Under the pieces are notes generated by a model. That model was given only the letters and a program-made list of their open reading frames with translations, was not told the origin of the DNA and did not search any database. A DNA stretch of 32,000 nucleotides from Promethearchaeum syntrophicum. GTDB taxonomy: Archaea; Asgardarchaeota; Lokiarchaeia; Sigyniarchaeales; Promethearchaeaceae. Shown piece by piece: positions 26,201-32,000 of this stretch; within the stretch, counting starts at the first letter, position 1, and each line of letters opens with the position of its first letter. The stretch covers positions 630,001 through 662,000 of the forward strand of contig NZ_CP042905.2 of the NCBI RefSeq assembly GCF_008000775.2, given 5' to 3'. A program made the translations under genes and the position numbers.

Positions 26201-26527
26201 ATGGCAAAAAATTTGATATTATTCGGACATAGTGGTTTCGATTTAAATAATTACAAGAGTTTGACAAAAATCCTAAATAATACAACTGAATGTCTTGTTG
26301 TTTTGATGGAAGATGGTGTGAATGGTGTAATAAAAACAGATGCAACAAGTGATTTTGAACCTTACAATGATATTCTTGAAAAAAATATTCCACTATACTG
26401 TGTTGTTGAAGATTTGGAAGCACGAGGTTTTGAATCATCACAATTAAAATCGTCTATTAATCATTTAACTTATCTAGAATTAATAAATTTGATTGAAACA
26501 TCGAATCGAGTTATTTCGTTATTATAA
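26201..26527 (+). CDS. dsrH: DsrH/TusB-family sulfur-relay protein
   Basis: 108 aa. VVLMEDGV and LYCVVEDLEARGF parallel LLLLQDGV and VYALNEDLIARGL of TusB. Confidence 0.75.
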   Translation: MAKNLILFGHSGFDLNNYKSLTKILNNTTECLVVLMEDGVNGVIKTDATSDFEPYNDILEKNIPLYCVVEDLEARGFESSQLKSSINHLTYLELINLIETSNRVISLL

Positions 26528-26597
26528 TTTTTTTTTTGAAATTAGATGTAGTGAGAACTGAAAAAAAACAAAAATAAAAACAAAAAGTGAAAAAAAT

Positions 26598-27017
26598 ATG
26601 CCAAAACAAATGAATTTTATTGTCTCGGAAAATAGTTTTGAAAAATTCGGGATGATGGTGATATTGGGCACTACTGGTGCTGCGATGGAGACACAAATGA
26701 ACTTCTTCTTTACATTTTGGGGACTTTTCCTCCTAAAGAGAAGTTATAATCCCGGAGTCGCTAAAATGCCCTTCCCATTCAAGAAGATGGGCGGAACGAT
26801 GTTTAAAAAGATGTTGAAAGGATTTGGATATGATGACATGTGGGAAATGATAAAAGATGGTGTTGAAGAAGGCAAAATTAAATTATACCCATGCTCAATG
26901 ACTATGGACTTACTAAGAATCAAACGCAAATCAATGCACAAATTCGTTGAAGAACCTGTTGGTGCCGCTGCATTCTTAGAGATGTGCGATAATGCAGATT
27001 CAGTAATTTCATTATAA
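26598..27017 (+). CDS. DsrE/DsrF-like family protein (COG2210-type, also annotated as a peroxiredoxin-family protein)
   Basis: 139 aa. Features are FIVSENSFEKFGMMVILGTTGAAM, FFFTFWG, a conserved Cys in LYPCSMTMDL, and the C-terminal GAAAFLE. Confidence 0.7.
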   Translation: MPKQMNFIVSENSFEKFGMMVILGTTGAAMETQMNFFFTFWGLFLLKRSYNPGVAKMPFPFKKMGGTMFKKMLKGFGYDDMWEMIKDGVEEGKIKLYPCSMTMDLLRIKRKSMHKFVEEPVGAAAFLEMCDNADSVISL

Positions 27018-27115
27018 TATTGAAAATTTTCTGTATTTTTTTTTAAATATATACAAAAATATTTGACTAAAATAATAATATATCAAAAAATTAAAACTAA
27101 AAAGGATGTCTTATT

Positions 27116-27619
27116 GTGGGAAAAAAAGAAGTTATGAATAATATATCGAATGGGACAAATCATAAAGCGTTCCTTGATGAAATTGATAAGAAAATCCTTA
27201 CGCTCATTCAAGAGGATGGAAAAGCCTCACTACGAACAATTTCTAAAACTATAGGATCCAGTATTTCCACTGTTAAAAATCATCTAGATAGATTAAATGA
27301 AATTGAAGTCATAAAACGAACTATTGCGGTTGTTGATTGTTGCAAAATTGGATATACAGAAATGATTTTAATATCTATTCGAGTAAATTCTTCTGTCGGA
27401 ATTCAAGAAATTCTAGATCATCTTGAAGAAATTGAACAAATTAATGCAATTTATCAAGTATCAGGTAATTATCCAATCTTTTGTTTCGCTAAATGCGTTG
27501 AAAAGGAAGATCAAATAAATTTACTTGAAGATATAAAAAAAACCAAAGGAATTGATGAGGCAGTAACCCAAATTGTTCTCAAAAGAGTAAAGGAAGATAT
27601 GCGAGTTAAAATACCATAA
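27116..27619 (+). CDS. Lrp/AsnC-family transcriptional regulator
   Basis: The HTH reads LDEIDKKILTLIQEDGKASLRTISKTIGSSISTVKNHLDRLNEIEVI and is followed by a RAM-like domain. The start is GTG at 27116 or ATG at 27134. The gene ends 16 nt before hdrC of operon 2. Confidence 0.85.
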   Translation: MGKKEVMNNISNGTNHKAFLDEIDKKILTLIQEDGKASLRTISKTIGSSISTVKNHLDRLNEIEVIKRTIAVVDCCKIGYTEMILISIRVNSSVGIQEILDHLEEIEQINAIYQVSGNYPIFCFAKCVEKEDQINLLEDIKKTKGIDEAVTQIVLKRVKEDMRVKIP

Positions 27620-27635
27620 ATTAGAAGGAAAAAAA

Positions 27636-28247
27636 ATGACAAGTAATACTAAAAGCGAAATTGAAAACGATTTTCTAGAAGAAAAGAAAAAATATGTTGA
27701 GTTAAGTGATTTTGATTCTCATTTTTTTGATGACATCGAAAATCGGAGCAAAATCTTATCATGTATTCAATGTGGAACATGTTCCGCGAGTTGTGAATCA
27801 GGTAGATGGACAGCGTTAAAAACCAGAATGATTATTCGAAAAGTAATATTAGGTGATCTCTCAGTATTAGAGGATCCTGACATCTGGCTTTGTACGACAT
27901 GTTATAATTGTTATGAGCGTTGTCCCCGTAATTTGAAACCTACAGAAGTAATTATCGAATTAAGGAATTATGCATCGAAATTAGGAAATATTCATCCAGT
28001 TCATAGGAAAGTGGTAGATTTTCTAAAAGCAACAGGTCATGCTGTTCCAATCAATGATGAAACGATCCAGAAACGAAAAGAATTGGGTATTGATGAAATT
28101 CCACCAACCTTATACAAATTTAAAGATGAAGAAAATAGTGATTTGACAAAATATGCAAAGGAATTATTCAATCTAGTTCCTCCTAAAGAAAAAAAGGACG
28201 CAGGAATGAATAAAAACAAAGTTATAGATAAAGAAAAGAAGGCTTAA
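27636..28247 (+). CDS. hdrC: Heterodisulfide reductase subunit C (second copy)
   Basis: 203 aa. Motifs are CIQCGTCSASCESG (CE instead of CP) and CTTCYNCYERCPR. It has a Lys-rich C-terminal tail. Confidence 0.9.
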   Translation: MTSNTKSEIENDFLEEKKKYVELSDFDSHFFDDIENRSKILSCIQCGTCSASCESGRWTALKTRMIIRKVILGDLSVLEDPDIWLCTTCYNCYERCPRNLKPTEVIIELRNYASKLGNIHPVHRKVVDFLKATGHAVPINDETIQKRKELGIDEIPPTLYKFKDEENSDLTKYAKELFNLVPPKEKKDAGMNKNKVIDKEKKA

Positions 28248-28250
28248 AAA

Positions 28251-29159
28251 ATGGTCCAAGAAAAGAAATATGCGTTTTATTTAGGTTGTATAATGCCTAA
28301 TAGATACCCTGCCATAGAAAAATCAACTCGGTTTGCAATGGAAAAACTCGGTTATGAATTATTAGATATGGAACGAGCAGCATGTTGTCCTGCTCCCGGA
28401 GTTTTACGTTCCTTTGATAAGGAAGATTGGATGGTAGCTGCCGCACGAAATATATGCATAGCAGAAAAGATGGATGTTGATTTACTAACCGTTTGTAACG
28501 GGTGCTTTGGCACATTGCAAGAAGTTAACACACAATTACATGAAAATGAAGAATTGCGTGAGAGAGTAAATAAAAAATTAAAATTACTTGGAGATTATGA
28601 ATTTAAAGCTACAATACAAGTCAAACATGTAGCAGCGATATTAGCAATAGATATTGGACCTTCTGAAATTAAAAAACACTTAGTTAGGAAGATAAAGGCA
28701 ACCACAGCAATTCATTATGGGTGTCACTTTTTAAAACCTAGTCATGTTAGACAAATCGATAGTTCAGAGGATCCAATTATTTTAGAAGATTTTGTGGAAG
28801 CTTTGGGTATCAAATCATTGCAATTTAAACAAAAATATACCTGTTGTGGTGCGGGAGGTGGAATAAAGGCTGCCTATGCTGATACAAGCATGAACATTCT
28901 ATCCGAGAAGATGAAACATATCTCAGATGTTAACCCAGATTTTATTTTAGATGTGTGTCCTTTCTGCCATTTACAATTTGAAACGGGTCAAGATTGGCTT
29001 AAAAAGAATCATAGTATTAATTACGATATTCCAGTATTTCATCTCTCTCAAATCGTAGCATATTGTTTGGGAATGGAAGAGAAATATATGGGATTAAAAT
29101 ATCAAAACCATGGTAAAAAATATCAATTAACTCCAATTGAGGTGCAAACAAGTGACTAA
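28251..29159 (+). CDS. hdrB: Heterodisulfide reductase subunit B (second copy)
   Basis: 302 aa. Motifs include YAFYLGCIMPNRYP, AACCPAPG, VCNGCFG, YTCCGAGGG and CPFCHLQFE. Confidence 0.9.
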   Translation: MVQEKKYAFYLGCIMPNRYPAIEKSTRFAMEKLGYELLDMERAACCPAPGVLRSFDKEDWMVAAARNICIAEKMDVDLLTVCNGCFGTLQEVNTQLHENEELRERVNKKLKLLGDYEFKATIQVKHVAAILAIDIGPSEIKKHLVRKIKATTAIHYGCHFLKPSHVRQIDSSEDPIILEDFVEALGIKSLQFKQKYTCCGAGGGIKAAYADTSMNILSEKMKHISDVNPDFILDVCPFCHLQFETGQDWLKKNHSINYDIPVFHLSQIVAYCLGMEEKYMGLKYQNHGKKYQLTPIEVQTSD

Positions 29160-31176
29160 TTCAACAAACGCAGATGATATTGCTGTTAGTGATCAAAAAA
29201 CTCTTCATAATGAAAAAGATGAACCCCGAATCGGGGTTTTTGTTTGTCATTGTGGCCATAATATTGCAGATACAGTTGATGTTGAGAAAACTATTGAAGC
29301 AGTTAAAGGATTAGACAATGTTGTTGAAGCTCAGCATTATATGTTCATGTGCTCGAAACAAGGAATTGAAATGGTAAAGGAAAGTATCAAAGAAAAGGGT
29401 GTCAATAGGACGGTAGTCGCTTCATGTTCAAAAACCCAACATGGTCCCACATTTGCAAGAGCAATTGAAGAGGAAGGTCTTAACAAACATTTGCATTTCC
29501 AAGCCAACATACGTGAAGGTTGTTCATGGGTAACTCCTAAAAGTAAAAAACCAGAAGCTACCAAAAAAGCGATCAAATTAGTTTCTGGAGCAATCAATCG
29601 AGCACGCAAATTGGAAGAAGTAGAAACCAAACAAATTAAAACTACAAAAGCGGCTTTAGTTATTGGAGCAGGGATTGCTGGGTTAAGAGCAACTATGGAT
29701 TTGGCCAATCTTGGTATTCCAGTATATTTAGTGGAGCGTGAATCGAGTATAGGGGGGCATATGACTCAGTTATATAAAACATTCCCAACTAATGAATGTC
29801 CACAATGTTCAATTTCGCCTTTAACAAACGGTGTCGCAAGCCATCCAAATGTTACGTTAATGACTTATAGTACAGTGAAGAGTGTTGAAGGTTCTTTAGG
29901 AAATTTTGAAGTTAAAATTCAAACCAAACCTCGATATGTTCATGACAACTGTACCTCTTGTGGAGAATGTGCTGAAAAATGTCCTGTTGAAGTTCCTAGT
30001 GAATGGGATAGTGGTATGAGTATGAGAAAGGCAATTTACAAACTCTACCCTCAAGCTATCCCCTCAACTTATGTACGTGATAAGAAAGTATGTATTACTT
30101 GTCAAACGTGTGTTAATTTATGTCCTGTAGGAGCTGTAGATTTCTCAATGAAGAAAACTATAACTACTGTCAAAGTTGGCTCAATAATAGTAGCAACGGG
30201 ATATGATGAATACGATCCTTCTGAAATTGAACCATATCATTATGGACAACCGGGTTATGAAGATATAATTACACAATTACAGTTTGAGAGGATGTTAAAT
30301 CCTGTTTCGTTAACGGGGTCAAATATTTTACGACCATCTGACGGTAGCGTTCCAAAACGAGTTGTTATGATACAATGTGTGGGGTCGAGAAATGAACAAG
30401 TAGGAAACGAATATTGCACTGGTGTTTGTTGCATGTTTGGAAATAAGAACGCGCAAATGATTAAAGAAATCAATCCTGAAACGGATGTAATTATGTGTTA
30501 TATCGATATGAGAACTCCTGGAATATATTATGAAGAATTTTATAAAAAATCTCAAGAGATGGGAATAAAATTCATTCGGGGTAGACCTTCAGAAATTGAA
30601 AGAAATCCTCTTACTGGTGAATTAACTGTGATCGTTGAAGATACATTATCATTATCACCAATGGAAATACAAGCAGATATGATCGTTCTATCTGCAGCTA
30701 TGGTTCCTCCAAGAGGAATTGGTCCACTTGGGTCAAAACTTCAAATTCTACGAATGAAGGAAGGATTTTTCAAAGAATTCCATATTAAAATGAACCCAAC
30801 TAAATCTTCAAAAGATGGAATTTTTTTGGCAGGAGCTATTCAGGGTCCAAAGGATATAACACAGTCTGTCGCACAAGCGGGTAGTGCTGCAGCTCTTGCA
30901 GCTGCCCCTTTAGTAAGAGGGTATATAGAGAAAGAGATGATAATTCCTTTAATTGATCATGTAAGTTGTACTTTATGTGGAGCATGTAAAACTGTATGCC
31001 CATTCGGAGCCTTAGATATCAAGAATGAAAAATTGGAATTAAATGAAGTTGCTTGCAAAGGATGTGGCTTGTGTCAACCGATTTGCCCAACTGCTGCAAT
31101 CCAATTGATAAATACACGCGAAGATGAACTTTATGATGAAATTGTAGGAATTACAGGAGGAATTACAAATGCTTAG
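29137..31176 (+). CDS. hdrA: Heterodisulfide reductase subunit A (second copy, full-length type)
   Basis: 679 aa. It has IGVFVCHCGHNIA, ALVIGAGIAGLRATMDLA and multiple CxxCxxCxxxCP motifs. The start is TTG at 29137 or GTG at 29152, and both overlap the end of hdrB. Confidence 0.92.
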   Translation: MRCKQVTNSTNADDIAVSDQKTLHNEKDEPRIGVFVCHCGHNIADTVDVEKTIEAVKGLDNVVEAQHYMFMCSKQGIEMVKESIKEKGVNRTVVASCSKTQHGPTFARAIEEEGLNKHLHFQANIREGCSWVTPKSKKPEATKKAIKLVSGAINRARKLEEVETKQIKTTKAALVIGAGIAGLRATMDLANLGIPVYLVERESSIGGHMTQLYKTFPTNECPQCSISPLTNGVASHPNVTLMTYSTVKSVEGSLGNFEVKIQTKPRYVHDNCTSCGECAEKCPVEVPSEWDSGMSMRKAIYKLYPQAIPSTYVRDKKVCITCQTCVNLCPVGAVDFSMKKTITTVKVGSIIVATGYDEYDPSEIEPYHYGQPGYEDIITQLQFERMLNPVSLTGSNILRPSDGSVPKRVVMIQCVGSRNEQVGNEYCTGVCCMFGNKNAQMIKEINPETDVIMCYIDMRTPGIYYEEFYKKSQEMGIKFIRGRPSEIERNPLTGELTVIVEDTLSLSPMEIQADMIVLSAAMVPPRGIGPLGSKLQILRMKEGFFKEFHIKMNPTKSSKDGIFLAGAIQGPKDITQSVAQAGSAAALAAAPLVRGYIEKEMIIPLIDHVSCTLCGACKTVCPFGALDIKNEKLELNEVACKGCGLCQPICPTAAIQLINTREDELYDEIVGITGGITNA

Positions 31177-31582
31177 TGAACAAAAAGATGTTCTTGCCTT
31201 TATGTGTGCTGAATGTGGTCAAGGTGCTGCAGTCACTGCAGGTGTTGCTAGATTAAAATATGATACTTCTGTCAAAATCATTCGAGTAAAGTGCAGTGGC
31301 TTAGTAGGACCTATCCAAATAATGGATGCATTAAAAAATGGAGCAGATGCAGTTGCCGTAATTGGTTGCTGCTTTCAGGCTTGTCATTTTTTCAATGGGA
31401 ATTTTCTTTCTATGCATCGAATAAAACTTATGAAAAAGCTCTTTAAGGAAATGGGATACAGCGATCAAATGATTAATCATTATACTGCTCGAGCTGCGGA
31501 AGGTGAAACTGCTACTGGGGATTTTGAAGATGCTATTGAACGTTTGATGAAAGCAGAAGAAGAAGGAGGAACTTTTGCATGA
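31169..31582 (+). CDS. mvhD: MvhD-family protein (second, more divergent copy)
   Basis: 137 aa. It reads LAFMCAECGQGAAVTAG...IIRVKCSGLVGPIQIMDALKNGADAVAVIGCCFQACHF. It overlaps hdrA by 8 nt. Confidence 0.85.
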   Translation: MLSEQKDVLAFMCAECGQGAAVTAGVARLKYDTSVKIIRVKCSGLVGPIQIMDALKNGADAVAVIGCCFQACHFFNGNFLSMHRIKLMKKLFKEMGYSDQMINHYTARAAEGETATGDFEDAIERLMKAEEEGGTFA

Positions 31583-32000
31583 AAATTGGGATTTTTCAAT
31601 TAAATGGTTGCAATAAATGTTTCAATGAAACAATTTTATTAGATAAACACATAAAATCTAAAAATGAAATTTATAGAATAAAAAATTCTGAAATTGAATC
31701 ATGGTCTGAGAAAGAGCTTGATTATGCAGTTGTAACGGGGTATATAAAACCAGAAAACCATGAATTTCTTCAAAATTTATCTAAAAATTCAAAAAATATA
31801 GTGGGATATGGAAGTTGTGCAACAACAGGAGGAATTTTCGGGTTAGCTTACCAAAATGGATATAAAATCTCACCAATCGGAAAAATAATCTCAGATGCAG
31901 CAATTGTTGATGGGTGTTTGGGTGAAATTGAAGAATTATCTGAAATTTTACAAGGTAATCCTTTATCAAATGATAGCAATCTATGTAAATCTTGCGCACG
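31579..32000 (+). CDS. [NiFe]-hydrogenase small-subunit-like protein (MvhG/HydD/FrhG family), 3'-truncated by the window edge
   Basis: This gene is not in the ORF track because it has no stop inside the window. My translation is MKIGIFQLNGCNKCFNETILL...DYAVVTGYI...IVGYGSCATTGGIFG. That matches the proximal-cluster pattern L.GC..C ... V.G ... G.CA..GG. It has an ATGA overlap with the mvhD stop. Confidence 0.7.
   Translation, partial: MKIGIFQLNGCNKCFNETILLDKHIKSKNEIYRIKNSEIESWSEKELDYAVVTGYIKPENHEFLQNLSKNSKNIVGYGSCATTGGIFGLAYQNGYKISPIGKIISDAAIVDGCLGEIEELSEILQGNPLSNDSNLCKSCA

Noticed and set aside
20156-31582. The hdr clusters could be classified as sHdr (the sulfur-oxidizing Hdr-like system) because of the tusA/dsrE neighbourhood and the GcvH-like domain.
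   Set aside because: Both HdrA proteins are long (660 and 679 aa) with ferredoxin-type inserts, and each is followed by MvhD. The gene order is hdrCBA-mvhD, not hdrC1B1A-hyp-hdrC2B2. The GcvH-like domain also lacks the lipoyl-lysine. I therefore report the association as a context observation, not as an sHdr call.
1473-31999. Many 60-125 aa ORFs in the supplied track lie antisense to, or out of frame within, larger genes. The ORFs are 1473..1670, 1923..2240, 2992..3177, 3661..3867, 6627..6851, 11062..11322, 11401..11673, 11923..12165, 12569..12754, 14310..14603, 15911..16141, 18028..18228, 20178..20480, 20584..20844, 20845..21087, 21811..21993, 22193..22375, 22902..23216, 23057..23377, 23699..23968, 25166..25363, 26145..26441, 26511..26696, 26744..26941, 28037..28219, 28297..28515, 29337..29708, 30255..30473, 30328..30555 and 31781..31999.
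   Set aside because: Each overlaps a longer ORF that has clear family motifs. Their translations are low-complexity (Ile/Phe/Asn/Ser/Lys-rich) with no recognisable motifs. Such shadow ORFs are expected in AT-rich DNA. The ORF 31781..31999 is antisense to the hydrogenase small-subunit-like CDS that I translated from 31579.
1-32000. I searched by eye for tRNA/rRNA genes, CRISPR repeats, IS/transposase or integrase genes, and recognisable defence-system genes.
   Set aside because: There are no GC-rich structured islands typical of archaeal tRNAs in AT-rich genomes. There are no regularly spaced direct repeats. No ORF has transposase, integrase, Cas or restriction-enzyme motifs. The only defence- or addiction-like element is the PIN-like/UPF0175 pair.

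Overview
This is a visibly AT-rich, densely packed window that looks archaeal. I found no rRNA, tRNA, CRISPR array or transposase. The gene content combines archaeal anaerobe energy genes (two hdrCBA-mvhD sets, a [NiFe]-hydrogenase small-subunit-like gene, FTR, an Lrp/AsnC regulator) with eukaryote-like signature proteins (a Rab/Ras-like small GTPase, a roadblock/longin-like protein, an LRR protein). From that mix I infer an Asgard (Lokiarchaeia-like) origin; this is an inference, not a computed result.

Layout from start to end:
- 1-3.3 kb: an LRR protein flanked by copies of a small membrane-anchored wHTH/zinc-ribbon family. One copy is intact, one carries an in-frame TAG, and one is a 40-nt remnant.
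- 3.3-7 kb: a DUF255 thioredoxin-domain protein, a nitroreductase, and a PIN-like/UPF0175 toxin-antitoxin-like pair.
- 7-14.4 kb, minus strand: an acyl-CoA dehydrogenase fused to a rubredoxin-like Cys4 domain, then a tightly coupled five-gene operon. That operon encodes an extracytoplasmic His/Cys protein, a 12-TM protein, an 8-TM protein, a GlcD-like FAD dehydrogenase and an HdrD/GlcF-like Fe-S CCG protein.
- 14.4-15.3 kb: an ORF-free gap.
- 15.3-18.6 kb: an O2/thiol-redox island (FprA, FTR catalytic subunit, Grx-like protein, NAD/FAD oxidoreductase).
- 18.6-20.1 kb: a roadblock-like protein and a GcvH-like::Rab-like GTPase fusion.
- 20.2-32 kb: two mirror-image hdrC-hdrB-hdrA-mvhD operons flanking a tusA-dsrE-dsrF-dsrH-dsrE-like sulfur-relay cassette and an lrp gene.

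Top candidates for novelty:
- The 12-TM protein has a His pattern and spacing that I can align by hand to heme-copper oxidase subunit I, with altered CuB-site ligands. It sits in a II-I-III-like gene order and is operon-linked to cytoplasmic FAD/Fe-S dehydrogenase modules.
- The sulfur-relay cassette lies between two bifurcating-type Hdr/MvhD operons.
- The GcvH-like::small GTPase fusion lies immediately downstream of one hdr operon.

All homology statements come from manual motif reading and need HMM or structure confirmation.
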